From IMG/VR virus record IMGVR_UViG_3300022723_000068, positions 1 through 60,896 of that record: a DNA stretch of 60,896 nt; one strand, given 5' to 3'. Of this stretch, positions 1 through 10,449 are shown in pieces. The notes under the pieces are model-generated. The model was given only the letters and a program-made list of their open reading frames with translations, had not been told where the DNA came from and made no database searches. The stretch is from a virus. Its lineage: Duplodnaviria; Caudoviricetes. Both the position numbers and the translations under genes were made by a program. Numbering within the stretch: position 1 is the stretch's first letter; each line of letters opens with the position of its first letter.

Positions 1-126
1 CGGCCGAGGGGATTATCCACGACGCCTCGTTGAAGAAGTTGGCGATTATCTCAAGTGCTTCCTGCATGGCTGCTTCCCTATGTGTTGGCCGTAAAGTCGG
101 GCGATCTCCACTCCTGAGAATCTACG
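1..126. repeat. Terminal direct repeat, left copy (assembly overlap of a circular contig)
   Basis: 1-126 matches 60771-60896 except one base (T14 vs G60784). It joins the end of the tail-tip gene to the start of the 60457-60837 gene. Confidence 0.95.
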
Positions 127-2585
127 CCGTTGCGCACCGTCTTGAACAGCACGTAGTAGTCAGTGCCGTTCACTAGTCCGCTCAAGGCGATCGACGTACC
201 CGTCTCCGACCCTGAGTCTACCAGGGAGTCGTCGCTCACCTGTCTTACCTCGTAATTATACGACACTCCGGACTGCTGTGTGGTTACATCTACATCGTCT
301 TGGTCAGTGTCGAAGTCCTGGATCGCTGGGTTGCGACGCTTCCAAGACAAGGTGACTGGGATAGTCAGCGCTGTCCAGCCGTCGTCGTCGATGAAGAGTT
401 CGCCGTCGAGCTGAGGATCGGCCGGCGGAACGTCGCCGAGATATCTGTCTGTGATGGTTATGTTAAGAACAGAAGCCGACCCGATAGCCAGTGTCTCTCT
501 GGTCGTATAGGGCAGGATCTTGACGTTGACGGACGTCCCGGCGCCTACGGGGAAGGCTAAGTCCTCTGGCGTGGCCGTGCCCAGACCTCGACCGATGAAC
601 CACACCTCGGCGTCGTCTGAGTGGTCGGCGACGATGGTGTCGAACATGCCACGATGGACGTTCTCGAGCGTCACGGAGCCGTCTAGGTTGTCTGTGGCGC
701 TCTCGAACCACATGAGTTCCTCGTCCACAAGAACCAGCGTCGGGATCTCGGCGTTGTCTGCTATGGTCGTCGCCGACAGGGCCTCGATCGCCGCCGTAGT
801 GGCCCCAGAGAGGCCGTCGACCGTGAAGCCTGTCTCGTCGAGGTAAGGTGTCGTATCTCCCTGGTCACGGCCGTAGGCGCCCTGTAGGAGACCTGAGGGC
901 GTAAAGGCGGGGTTCGTGTTCGAGATCTCGTAGTTGGACCCGCCCGCGGGGTCGAGCCAGACCTCGTAGCCTTGGTGATTGCCTCCGTCTCTGGTCGCGA
1001 GAGTGGCGAGATGGCGAATTCCACCCGGGCTCAGCTGTAGCGGCACCTCCCACAGACGTTCTCTCAGAGCGGCCGCCGGGGTCGTCGATGGCGGCACCCA
1101 CTCGCTAGCTAGAGGATCGGCGTAGGCGGTATTCTGGATTGCGAAGACGTCCTCCACAAATTCGATCTTTATTCGGCCGTCCTCCATCGTCCCCGGGCGC
1201 ATCTGCGTGATTCTGCAGATCTGGTTCGAGATGCTGAGCTTCGGCCAGTTGAGAACGAAGGCCGAGCCTGGGTTGAGATCGTAGCCTACCCTGTCGACCG
1301 TGATCGTACCCTGCGCTCGAGGGATGGCTTCAGACCTTATCTCGCGCCACACGAGCGTGTTGGCGGTGTCGGCTCGCTTACAGCCGGGAAAAGCGATTGT
1401 TGAGGTCACCGGCTTTTGCTGGATCTGCTCGTTGGCCATGTCCTGCGCGAGAGCATGCCTAGTCGTGTACTCGGCCGCTCTGTCTTCGTAGCGGACCGCG
1501 AGATGGTTGACGGTCTGCGACCAGTCGGGTCTCGTGTAGTTCTCAAGTGACGCGATGTTCGTCTGATCGAACACGGGGAGCCCGGCGGTCGACTGCAGCT
1601 TGCGGATCAGTGTTATCTTTAAGAGGTTAGTTACCGGGTCGCGCCACAGAACGCCGTCGATATGTCGTAGGATCTCTTCTATGAGATCCTCGGCCGGCCG
1701 GCCCCTGTCCCACACCATGCTGAAGCCTAGGCCCTCGGTCTTCACTGTGGCGGCGGCGAGACCGAATGAATCATCCTCGGTTTTCGTGACGTCACCGACG
1801 AAGATCCTTGCTGCGGGTCTTCCGAAGCCGTAGTCATCGTTTCGCAGCACCTCGTACAGGATCGCAACCGGATTGGCGTCCTCCGAGTTGATGATGCTGT
1901 CGCCGCTGTCAGCAGGGTCGCCCTCGTCCCACAACTGGGTCGGGTACTTCTCGACTTCGAAGTGGAGAGGGTCGATCCTGGGTCTGTTGCCTATGTAGCC
2001 GCCCTTGAGGACGGCGTGCGCGGTGCCTCGGTAGGCGGGCGTGTCTACCGTGACGCCGTCTTGAACGTTCTGAAAGTCCTCGAGATACGACACGACTGAC
2101 TGGGTGAAACCACCCTGCCTGATCGCGAAGTCGCCGACAAAGCCGCCACCCTGAGAGGGGTCGTCGCCGCCGTAGAACTCGGGCTCGCTGACCGACAGAT
2201 CCGCCTCTGTTGTGTGGTCGCCGCTCCACAGAAGAACGTCCTCGGCCCATATCGAACGTATCGCATCGATGGTCCCGTGACATAGGGCGAACTGAACGCC
2301 GAGACTGTACTCGAACCCGGTCGTGACCCTGTCGCTGGAGAAGAGGCCCGTCTTGACCTTCTGGGTCTTGGGCTCGACGGCGAGATCACCCGACCAGATG
2401 ATGTTTGGTGCGCGAAGTCGTACACGGCCCCAGCACAGAGGGATTGGGCGGCCCTCGCCAACCGTCGGGAAGTTGAAGTCTCCGAGCCCCGCCGGGCGCG
2501 CGTCCTCGATGTCGGGCTTGGGTCTGAACACCTCGTAGACGAGCGTTGTGACGATCCATGAAATAAGAGCTCCCCAGAATCCCAT
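78..2585 (-). CDS. Tail tip / central tail protein (GTA-like host-specificity type)
   Basis: 835 aa. N-terminal FNFPTVGEGRPIPLCWG, ANP motif and GMFDT motif typical of this tail-tip family; last gene of the tail operon. Confidence 0.8.
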   Translation of the reverse strand: MGFWGALISWIVTTLVYEVFRPKPDIEDARPAGLGDFNFPTVGEGRPIPLCWGRVRLRAPNIIWSGDLAVEPKTQKVKTGLFSSDRVTTGFEYSLGVQFALCHGTIDAIRSIWAEDVLLWSGDHTTEADLSVSEPEFYGGDDPSQGGGFVGDFAIRQGGFTQSVVSYLEDFQNVQDGVTVDTPAYRGTAHAVLKGGYIGNRPRIDPLHFEVEKYPTQLWDEGDPADSGDSIINSEDANPVAILYEVLRNDDYGFGRPAARIFVGDVTKTEDDSFGLAAATVKTEGLGFSMVWDRGRPAEDLIEEILRHIDGVLWRDPVTNLLKITLIRKLQSTAGLPVFDQTNIASLENYTRPDWSQTVNHLAVRYEDRAAEYTTRHALAQDMANEQIQQKPVTSTIAFPGCKRADTANTLVWREIRSEAIPRAQGTITVDRVGYDLNPGSAFVLNWPKLSISNQICRITQMRPGTMEDGRIKIEFVEDVFAIQNTAYADPLASEWVPPSTTPAAALRERLWEVPLQLSPGGIRHLATLATRDGGNHQGYEVWLDPAGGSNYEISNTNPAFTPSGLLQGAYGRDQGDTTPYLDETGFTVDGLSGATTAAIEALSATTIADNAEIPTLVLVDEELMWFESATDNLDGSVTLENVHRGMFDTIVADHSDDAEVWFIGRGLGTATPEDLAFPVGAGTSVNVKILPYTTRETLAIGSASVLNITITDRYLGDVPPADPQLDGELFIDDDGWTALTIPVTLSWKRRNPAIQDFDTDQDDVDVTTQQSGVSYNYEVRQVSDDSLVDSGSETGTSIALSGLVNGTDYYVLFKTVRNGVDSQEWRSPDFTANT

Positions 2586-2589
2586 AGCG

Positions 2590-3414
2590 CTACCTGTTTA
2601 TGTCCGAGGTCGACGGGTTTCGCGTAGGAACAAAGGCGAAACCGCCGAAATTGATTGCGTTAGAGAACTTCTGGTGGCAGGTCTTGAGCGAGTGGTCGCA
2701 TCCTTGATAGACCCTCACCGAGGCCCCCGCCGCGACGTCTGCCGGGAATGGTAGCATCACGGTGGCCACGTCGCCGGACTGAGCGACGATGGTCCTAAAC
2801 TCGTCCGCCGACAACACCTCGATATATCCGCCGACGAAAAAGGCGGGGTCCGCTCCCGAAGCTGCAGAGAGACCAGTGATGGTGATCTCATCATCTGAGA
2901 TCGAGGCGATCGAGAGAGTGCTTGAGAAAGAGGTGCTCGAGAGTCCGCAACGTTGGTCGTAGAGTATGTGATTGCACGGTCCCTGAAACTTGCGACGAGG
3001 GATCTCTTGCGCCAGGTCAGACAAGATAGAACGACACTTCATGGTCGCCATGCCGTCAGGACCGAAACTAACAGACACGACGGCGCCTTCCCAAAATATA
3101 CGCGATTCGTTGGCGAAATCTGTACGGTGGATGTTCTTGATCGTTACTTGAATCTTAGACGACGGCACGACGCCTATATGTCTCTGAGGGATGGCGTTGG
3201 TGCGGGGCAGAGAGATGTCGATGTCTTCCGCGTCGTCGCCGTAGGTTCTGCGAGGTTCTGAGTGGCGAATAGTCTCGGACGTGTACGTATTGCCAGAAAA
3301 CTCGACATCTCGCTCCGCGTTCGTAAATCGACTTACCACCCCGTCCATGAAGAACTCGTAGAGTACGACTGGGTGGCCGTCGCGTTGACTGGTTTCTTGT
3401 GCGTCGAACGTCAT
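2590..3414 (-). CDS. Tail assembly protein, DUF2163/BR0599 family
   Basis: C-x3-LYD-x2-C and C-terminal GCDH-x4-C-x2-KF-x-NAINFGGF Cys motifs. Confidence 0.85.
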   Translation of the reverse strand: MTFDAQETSQRDGHPVVLYEFFMDGVVSRFTNAERDVEFSGNTYTSETIRHSEPRRTYGDDAEDIDISLPRTNAIPQRHIGVVPSSKIQVTIKNIHRTDFANESRIFWEGAVVSVSFGPDGMATMKCRSILSDLAQEIPRRKFQGPCNHILYDQRCGLSSTSFSSTLSIASISDDEITITGLSAASGADPAFFVGGYIEVLSADEFRTIVAQSGDVATVMLPFPADVAAGASVRVYQGCDHSLKTCHQKFSNAINFGGFAFVPTRNPSTSDINR

Positions 3415-5177
3415 GCTCTCACCGTCTTGACCGGAAAGCTCAAGGTGGCCGCGCCTGGCTGCCTGTGCACGACGTTCGCCTGGTCGCCGTCCATCCGGCA
3501 GAGCAAAAGATACTCTACTCTGTCTATGTCGGCCACGGCGACGTCCTGCCCAAGCGCCGAGTCGATGCTAATCCTGTCGATAGGCCCCGCTATTTCAGAA
3601 GACCCTGTGATATCGCGCAAGAACACAGTGCCGTCGTTCAGTACGATGCGGATGGCATCCAGCGGCGCTCTGTTGTCCACGAAGTTCGTGTAGCCGTTGC
3701 CGACGAAGTCGATCGTCGTAGAGGCGGAAGTGATGTCTACCGCAACCGAAAAGTCCTCGGCGAACGTCGGCAGATAAAAGACCCCCTGCGAGCCCTTAAG
3801 CTGCTGGAGCCACGATTTCTTCTCCCATAGCAACGCCTTGGTCAAAGGGGCGAAGGTCTTCTCAAAGACAATAGACGAGCGGTCGTCCCGAGCTTCTTGA
3901 TAGAGCTTCAACTTGGCGAACTCTGTGCGAGCGAATCGCGTGTTCCATACCAGAGAGAGCAGAGATCCGTTCGTGACTGCGTTGGGGTCGTCGAATATCG
4001 GTAGGCCGTTGTACGTGGACGCGAAGGCGATCTCCTCGATCGGATCGTTGTCGATCGCCGTAAACTCGAACACGAACTCGTCCGCATTGACGAGGTACTG
4101 GCCTGCAGATATGCGCTGACCTGCGTAGCACAGACGGACTGGTGCCACAACCGACCGCGCCGAATACGAGCCTACCAGATCTGTGCTCGTAGTTATCGAT
4201 GTCGCGTTGAAGGACGATATCTCAAAGATCTCGAAGTTGTCTTCGTCTTGGTAGATGATGCCGAGCCCCGTAGCCTTCCAGTCGGCGGCGGCTGTGACGG
4301 CGTTTATCGTAGTAGACGCCGCAGAGACCGCCGCCGTCACCGACGACGCTTCAAACCATAGAGGCACGCCGAAGATGCTCGCCTGCCAGTCAAATATGAG
4401 GTTCTTGATCTTGCCGCGCGTGGTCGGGTCATCTGCGGCCACCTTGTACGTAAGCACCTGCCGAAAAGTGTTACGCAGCGCACGGCGCTGCTCAGAGTTG
4501 TCCTCCGACGGAATAATGTCCGTGCTGAACTCGAGCCGCTCCTGCACAGGGATCTCAGGCACAAACTGGAAGGCGGTGACGCGCTGGCCAGAAACCTCAA
4601 TTTCGAAGACAGCGAAGGACGTCGTCACGTCGATCGAGCCCGAGACTACGGGCGGACCTGTAGTGTCGGCCGTGACTGTAAACTGGACGTCGGACTGCTC
4701 TGCGAGATCCACCGGTGGCGAGATGCCGCTTACGGCGATCCCGCCATTGACGTTGTTGGCCACTGAGGATACGGTCAAGTTCGCGTTAAATTGCGCATTC
4801 CATATCGTGATCTGCCGGACCTGGGCAGAGAGAACGTTACCCAAGTCTAGACTCGGCGGGATCACGTGGGCCTTACCATATAGAGCCTCTTGCCCTACGG
4901 GGTCGACGAAGGCTGCGCTGCCGCTGCTCAGACCTCTGTTGAACGACACAGGCGCCACGCGTGTGCGACCCCCACTGTCTGCGAAGATCGGCCAGATGGA
5001 ATTGGCGGCCCATCCGGCGGCTGGGGCTCCTACCCTTTCCGGTGGGTTAGGGTTGTTGTCGACCAGGTTGTCGAGCGATGAGCTGAGACCCAGCGGCTGT
5101 AGAACATTCGCAGCCGTGGCCGGCCCGTCGTAGAGAAAGATAGCCGGATAGAGCCCCGTCGCCATTACCCTAGACAT
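3411..5177 (-). CDS. Virion structural protein (distal tail / baseplate hub)
   Basis: 588 aa with an Ig-like N-terminal half and EQRRALR motif; lies between tape measure and tail tip. Confidence 0.7.
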   Translation of the reverse strand: MSRVMATGLYPAIFLYDGPATAANVLQPLGLSSSLDNLVDNNPNPPERVGAPAAGWAANSIWPIFADSGGRTRVAPVSFNRGLSSGSAAFVDPVGQEALYGKAHVIPPSLDLGNVLSAQVRQITIWNAQFNANLTVSSVANNVNGGIAVSGISPPVDLAEQSDVQFTVTADTTGPPVVSGSIDVTTSFAVFEIEVSGQRVTAFQFVPEIPVQERLEFSTDIIPSEDNSEQRRALRNTFRQVLTYKVAADDPTTRGKIKNLIFDWQASIFGVPLWFEASSVTAAVSAASTTINAVTAAADWKATGLGIIYQDEDNFEIFEISSFNATSITTSTDLVGSYSARSVVAPVRLCYAGQRISAGQYLVNADEFVFEFTAIDNDPIEEIAFASTYNGLPIFDDPNAVTNGSLLSLVWNTRFARTEFAKLKLYQEARDDRSSIVFEKTFAPLTKALLWEKKSWLQQLKGSQGVFYLPTFAEDFSVAVDITSASTTIDFVGNGYTNFVDNRAPLDAIRIVLNDGTVFLRDITGSSEIAGPIDRISIDSALGQDVAVADIDRVEYLLLCRMDGDQANVVHRQPGAATLSFPVKTVRA

Positions 5178-5180
5178 ACG

Positions 5181-6179
5181 CTAGAGGTCTCGATTGATCG
5201 CGAAGCCCAGACGGAACATGTTGGGCTGCGTTGCGGTGGTGGAGTTGTCGGTCTTTCGACCTCGAGAAAAGATGAGATAGTCGTCCGCACCCACCACCTC
5301 GACCTCGCCGTTGTCGAAGTTCTTCATGTTAATCTCAAAGATGTTGCGTACACGGCCGGCGATGCTATACGTCGGCGGCGTGTCGCCGTTCGTGATCGGG
5401 CGTCCGATGTAGCAGCATATCGGATTAAACGGCCAGAACGTCGAATAGGAGGCCTTTACCGTGTGGTTTCCGAAAAAGAGCGCCGGGAATGCGTTGAATC
5501 CGCTGATCGGGGTTGACACCGTCGACCACGTCATCTTGAAACCCGAATTATTAGGTGAGTGGTTGGGCGCCGTGACGTTCTTCTGACCGAGCCAATCTTC
5601 GGACGCCTGCCCGTCTAGACCACCGACACGCACGACGCCGTGGTCGACGAAGGAGCCCGAGGTGTATTGACCGAAGAGGCCTCCTCTAAGAGTAGCGCCT
5701 GAAGAGGTGCCGGTTACAGCCTGATAGGCGTCGTGGCTCACGTACTGCCCACCGTCGTAGGTGCCGAACTTCTCGAGCGTTCCGAAACTAAACATGCGGA
5801 AGACATCCGGGTCCTGCTCAACGACGACGGTGACCTGGTCGCCGTCCGGCGCCGCCTCATCCAGGAAAAAGTGGTAGGCCGTATAGGACCCTGTCATGAC
5901 GTGCATGCGTCCGGACCAGCTGTTATTAAGCGCGGCAGACCCGGGCTGCTCGTCTACGAGTTCGCCAGTATCGAAGCCCGTGTTGGGGTAGAGAAAGATG
6001 TCGTCCGCCGCCGTGTCGAACGAGATGTAGAAGGACGCACCGTCGTTAAGATAGCGTTCGATCGTGTCGCCGGCCCCCGCCGACTTGTCCTGCGTCCACG
6101 AACCCGTCGTAGTCAAGAAGGTCGCGAGCTTGGCGACCAGATCCGCCGGCCCCGTAGCTGTACCTGTCTCATAAGCCAT
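5181..6179 (-). CDS. Virion structural protein (tail)
   Basis: MAYETGTAT start typical of YuA-like minor tail proteins; operon context. Confidence 0.65.
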   Translation of the reverse strand: MAYETGTATGPADLVAKLATFLTTTGSWTQDKSAGAGDTIERYLNDGASFYISFDTAADDIFLYPNTGFDTGELVDEQPGSAALNNSWSGRMHVMTGSYTAYHFFLDEAAPDGDQVTVVVEQDPDVFRMFSFGTLEKFGTYDGGQYVSHDAYQAVTGTSSGATLRGGLFGQYTSGSFVDHGVVRVGGLDGQASEDWLGQKNVTAPNHSPNNSGFKMTWSTVSTPISGFNAFPALFFGNHTVKASYSTFWPFNPICCYIGRPITNGDTPPTYSIAGRVRNIFEINMKNFDNGEVEVVGADDYLIFSRGRKTDNSTTATQPNMFRLGFAINRDL

Positions 6180-6182
6180 GCT

Positions 6183-7415
6183 CTAGACCTCCTCGATCGC
6201 GATGAACTGGTCGACACTTGTTCTGAAGCCGTTCTGAAAGACGCGGTATTTCGTACCGTTCACTGTGATCTCATCCTCTGCAGCGAGACTGAACCCAGGG
6301 ACGAAGTACGTGCGATCAAGCTGCATGATGTAGCCAACAAACTGCTCCTCGTTCCAGGCGACTATCGGGATGAGAGGGTACTCTCCGCCGTTGTCTCGGA
6401 GCTTTGTCAGCCAGTCTAGAGAGGATATGAACGTACCCTGCGACCAGGACGGATCGCTCTCACCTATGCTCAAGCTACTCCACTGGTTGTCGTGCGGAAA
6501 CATATTAGGGTTGTCTGTCTCTGTATTGTCGACAGGGTAGTTGCTGCCGTCTACCCAACGAAAGAACCCAGATCTCCCGTCGGGGTCGAGAGCGCCGGAG
6601 AGCGCGGTAGTCGTCACAGAGTAGCGCACGGAATTTCCCCCTTGCGCCATACCCGACCAGAAAAGAGGGTACGGATACAGACTTAGGGGTCCGAACGGGA
6701 GTCCGAAACCTGCGTAGCCGTGTTGATACGTGGCGGCGGGTCTCATAATGACAGAGATTCTCTGCTTGTTTACGTAGAACCAGTACGGAAGCGTCGTGTT
6801 CCAGGCAGGGACGTCCACCGACGGAAGTCCGCTCGAGAAGTAGACGTCGGCGTCGGAACCCGGCTGCGCGTCCCAGTCGAGAGCTCCGTTGTAGCCCGTG
6901 GCACCGACGATCTCCCAGTTGTAGACATCCGCCGGCACGTCTCGATATGTGCGTATGCCGAAGTAGATGTTCTGAGCGTCGTCGAGCCCGGGAGCTTGCA
7001 GGAAGCACTCGCGTTCGGTCGTGTCATACACCTGGTCCAGCTCGACGACGTAGCCGAGAGAATCCACCGTGGCGTCGATCGTAAGCCCCGTGCCGGAGGA
7101 AGGGGAGACGGCTGCAGTGGCGCCGCCCGTGGCCGTGGGGTCCGCTGAGTAGGCGCCCATCGAGGCGATCTCTATAGCCGTGACTGCACCTGAGGATACG
7201 GCCGTGACCTTTCCGACGGCCTTGAGACCCTGCGCCTCCGTCCCGGTGTCGAGCTCGAAGTAGTCATCCACAGCCCAGCCGGACCCGCCGGCGTTTACGG
7301 CCATGGTCGCGACGTAGTTGTTGTCCTCGTCCACGAAGGCGATGAGCTTCTGAAGCGCATCGACGTAGTCCGTCGCCTGTGTTCCGTAGTCCGGGTTTCC
7401 TATGCAGAAGGGCAT
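6183..7415 (-). CDS. Virion structural protein (tail) with inserted GSG-type beta domain
   Basis: 410 aa directly after tape measure; YPYPL motif; NAGGSGWAVDD insert. Confidence 0.65.
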   Translation of the reverse strand: MPFCIGNPDYGTQATDYVDALQKLIAFVDEDNNYVATMAVNAGGSGWAVDDYFELDTGTEAQGLKAVGKVTAVSSGAVTAIEIASMGAYSADPTATGGATAAVSPSSGTGLTIDATVDSLGYVVELDQVYDTTERECFLQAPGLDDAQNIYFGIRTYRDVPADVYNWEIVGATGYNGALDWDAQPGSDADVYFSSGLPSVDVPAWNTTLPYWFYVNKQRISVIMRPAATYQHGYAGFGLPFGPLSLYPYPLFWSGMAQGGNSVRYSVTTTALSGALDPDGRSGFFRWVDGSNYPVDNTETDNPNMFPHDNQWSSLSIGESDPSWSQGTFISSLDWLTKLRDNGGEYPLIPIVAWNEEQFVGYIMQLDRTYFVPGFSLAAEDEITVNGTKYRVFQNGFRTSVDQFIAIEEV

Positions 7416-7419
7416 GTGT

Positions 7420-9684
7420 CTACCTCAAGGCCGCCGTGATCTGGGTCTTGTTCTTTCGAATGGTATTGACTATAGCACGTTCGCCGGCGTCGCTGGAGAG
7501 GGCGGCCGCGATCTCGTCGGGGTCCGTTACGTTGATAATCTTCACCGGCACCTCCACGTTGGGGGCCTGAGGTGCTCTGTCGAAGCCCAGGCCTCCCGAA
7601 GATCCCGGCGGGGCCTGGTTGGGCGGGGTCACCGTGACCGTCTCTCTAGGGGTGACTCTCATGGCCACCAGTTGACTGTCCGCCCCGCCAGAGCCGGGCA
7701 CCTGGAACTGGCCGCCCGTGGCGAAGCTGCCGGCGAAGAAGCCGGCGATAGAACCTAGGATATCGCTCGAGCCCGGACCGCCGCCGATGCTGCCCAAGAG
7801 ACGGAAGATCTCGCTGGCAAGAAATTGACTGGCGAGATCCAGCAGCACCTTCGCGAACCTCTGTGGAAGATCTTCGAGACCTCCGCCGAATAGATCTGAG
7901 AGGGCGTCGCCTAGGATGTCCTGAGCGTTCTCTCGAGCTCTGCGGAGGAAGTCCGTGATGTTGTCTTGCGCATTCGAGAGCTGATCCTGCAGCCGTTCGT
8001 TGGCCCGTGTGAGATCCAACGCTCGCTGCAGCCCCTCGGGGTTATTGGCGAACTCCTTGGCGATCGCCATCTCTTCAAGCACCTGGTTGACCTCACGACC
8101 AGTGCGCACCGCCACCTCGAGAGCAGCGTTCTCTTCGATGAGACCCTGCAGGAACTCAGTGTTGTCCTGCTGCTGCTGAAGCTCTCGCAGACGTTCGCGG
8201 GCCTCGTTGATGCTGTTGGCCAGCGCCCCCGTCCCGGCCTCTACGCCGACGACGTTGGTCTCGAGCCTCTCCAGCACGACGGCGTACTCTTCGCCAGTGG
8301 CCGCAGCGGCCCTGAACGCCGCCTCTTCCAAGAGAAGTGACTCGAGAAGATCCTGTTGCTTGTCGATAAGCTTCTCCGTCGCCTTGTCGAGTCTCTCGGT
8401 CCCGCCGCTTACGTCGAATCCGCCGACTAGATTCTGAAGTAAAGAGCTGTCAACCTGCGCCACGCGCTCTGCGGTAGCTCGCGTGAGCTCTTCTTCCTGC
8501 AGAATGGCGTTGTTGACCAAGAGCGCTCTCTCCTCTAGAATCTGACGCTCGGCCGCCGCTATCTGCTGTTCGAGCTGGAGGCGAGCCTGTATATTCTCAG
8601 CCACGGCCTCATCGCGACCGAGGATGGTGTTGATGGTCCCCTGTATAGAGTTGCCAAACTTCTGAACCTGTAGCAGCGAGCGCTGCGCAAACGCAGTGAT
8701 CTCAATTGTGGCGATGCGCACGACGGTGGCGATGTTCTCAGGGATGCGCACTATCGCCTTACCGAGAAAGTCAAGAACCTCCCCTGTCGAAGTGCCCAAA
8801 TCCTGGAAGATGGAGGCGAAACCTGATGAGACCTGCGACGCCACGGAGCCGAAAGATTCTGCGAATCTGATCACGCCTCGAGTGAGATCGGTCGCCACGA
8901 ATTCTGCAATGTCAAGGATCGTTCGCGCCAGTCCCTCGCCGGCGCCAGTGGAGCCCGACAAGGCGCCCACGAGCACGATAGACGCGTTCTTAAGAACCAC
9001 CAGAGAAGACTCAATCGTCGGCGTGATGCGAGAAAACAATTGATCAATCTCGCTTCCGAAATTAGTGAAGGCGTCATTGACGACCGCCGACGTGATCTTG
9101 CCTTCTTCACCGAAACGCTTTAGCTCTCCACGAGATGTACGCAGTTGCTTCGCGATGACATCGGCCACGAACGGCAGCTGCTCAAGCACAGACAAGAGTT
9201 CTTGTCCGCGGAGCTGGCCCTGACCAAGGCCCTGCGACAACTGCCTAAGAGCGCCTGTCGCCTCAGCCGCCGTGGCGCCCGAGATGATGACGGCCTTGTT
9301 AATCCTCTCTGTTAGAGTAAGAACCTGCTCCTGTGAGAGGCCCAGGTTCTTGGTCGTCGCCGCGAACCTATTGTAGAGATCTGCGTTGGCGGCGAACGAC
9401 GTCCTCGTCTGATTGCTGATCGAAAGCAGACGGTCTTGGACGGCGTTGAGCTCCTCTGTAGAACTCGTCACTAGCCGCAGACGGTTGCGTATGTTGATGT
9501 AGGCGTCGGCCTGCCGCGTAAGACCGCGGATCAGAAGCGCCCCGCCCAAAAGACCGAGTGAGCGGCGGAGGAGTGACACCGCTCCCTCGGCCTGCTTGGC
9601 ACCTCGGCCGATGCCTTGGATGTTGCGCTTGACAACGCGGGCGCCTCGCTCGTTGACGACGATGACGAGATTTTCGGTGGCCAC
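7420..9684 (-). CDS. Tape measure protein
   Basis: 754 aa, Ala/Leu-rich and helical; QLSQGLGQGQLRGQEL tape-measure domain motif; C-terminal FATGGQF. Confidence 0.92.
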   Translation of the reverse strand: MATENLVIVVNERGARVVKRNIQGIGRGAKQAEGAVSLLRRSLGLLGGALLIRGLTRQADAYINIRNRLRLVTSSTEELNAVQDRLLSISNQTRTSFAANADLYNRFAATTKNLGLSQEQVLTLTERINKAVIISGATAAEATGALRQLSQGLGQGQLRGQELLSVLEQLPFVADVIAKQLRTSRGELKRFGEEGKITSAVVNDAFTNFGSEIDQLFSRITPTIESSLVVLKNASIVLVGALSGSTGAGEGLARTILDIAEFVATDLTRGVIRFAESFGSVASQVSSGFASIFQDLGTSTGEVLDFLGKAIVRIPENIATVVRIATIEITAFAQRSLLQVQKFGNSIQGTINTILGRDEAVAENIQARLQLEQQIAAAERQILEERALLVNNAILQEEELTRATAERVAQVDSSLLQNLVGGFDVSGGTERLDKATEKLIDKQQDLLESLLLEEAAFRAAAATGEEYAVVLERLETNVVGVEAGTGALANSINEARERLRELQQQQDNTEFLQGLIEENAALEVAVRTGREVNQVLEEMAIAKEFANNPEGLQRALDLTRANERLQDQLSNAQDNITDFLRRARENAQDILGDALSDLFGGGLEDLPQRFAKVLLDLASQFLASEIFRLLGSIGGGPGSSDILGSIAGFFAGSFATGGQFQVPGSGGADSQLVAMRVTPRETVTVTPPNQAPPGSSGGLGFDRAPQAPNVEVPVKIINVTDPDEIAAALSSDAGERAIVNTIRKNKTQITAALR

Positions 9685-10112
9685 TACCTAACACCTCCGA
9701 GAACTCGTGCACGACGGAATACATCGAGCCCCGCCTGGACGGCGAGCGCCGAAATGCCGTTCGGCGCCTGGGCCGAAGAGCCCTGATCCAAGAACGTGAT
9801 GTAGCGGACGTTGTTGCTGATGTAGATAGGGGCGTCGCCGATCTTCCAGGTAGAGGCTACGGCGGCGCCCTCGGCGGCCGTCACGGACCCGTCAGGGTCG
9901 AAATCGTCTTCGTCGGCGTCGACGTTGGGGGCTCCAATCTGCACGCGCCAGTTGCCGCGAGCGCGACCGGTATCGACAGGGGTGGTCTGGACGGCAACTT
10001 GGTCGACGACTACCGCCGCCTTTACCACCGTCTTCTCTATGTTCGCATCTAGGGACCTCGCGACTGCGCGCATCCTCTTAGCGAAATTTCCCAGCCCTAT
10101 ACTCGTGGCCAC
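9684..10112 (-). CDS. HK97 gp10-like tail completion / neck protein
   Basis: TPVDTGRARGNW and SNNVRYI...GSSAQAP motifs. Confidence 0.85.
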   Translation of the reverse strand: MATSIGLGNFAKRMRAVARSLDANIEKTVVKAAVVVDQVAVQTTPVDTGRARGNWRVQIGAPNVDADEDDFDPDGSVTAAEGAAVASTWKIGDAPIYISNNVRYITFLDQGSSAQAPNGISALAVQAGLDVFRRARVLGGVR

Positions 10113-10116
10113 GCTA

Positions 10117-10449
10117 CTACTCCCTCTTGGACAACTGATGCTTTATGAAGGCGTCGTCCATCTTCCCTACTATCGCGAAGAGTGACTCGGTCTGCTCAGC
10201 GTCAAAGCCGTAGACCTCAGAGTACTCTTTCGTCACATTCCAGGGAATCGCGGCCACGCCAAAAGACCCCGGTCTGCATGTCGAGAGATCGAAGAACGCG
10301 TCCCAGTAGAGGCCGCTGCCCATCAAGAGCTGCGGTGCGTTCTGCATCCTCTCCGGCAGCTCCCTGCCGTCCGACAGGCACTGCTTGATAATCATCTGCT
10401 CGATCGGCGCCTGCTCCAGAGTATAGAGCAGACACTCAATCAGTTTCCC
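10117..10449 (-). CDS. Tail assembly chaperone, -1 frameshift extension (gpT-like)
   Basis: Open frame from the slippery site GGGAAAC (10449-10443) through the 92-aa ORF ending at 10117. Confidence 0.75.
   Translation of the reverse strand, partial: GKLIECLLYTLEQAPIEQMIIKQCLSDGRELPERMQNAPQLLMGSGLYWDAFFDLSTCRPGSFGVAAIPWNVTKEYSEVYGFDAEQTESLFAIVGKMDDAFIKHQLSKRE

Noticed and set aside
1-126. Biological direct terminal repeat
   Set aside because: It falls mid-operon, far from the terminase region, and has k-mer-like length, so it is most likely assembler overlap. The single mismatch is synonymous (ATC/ATA).
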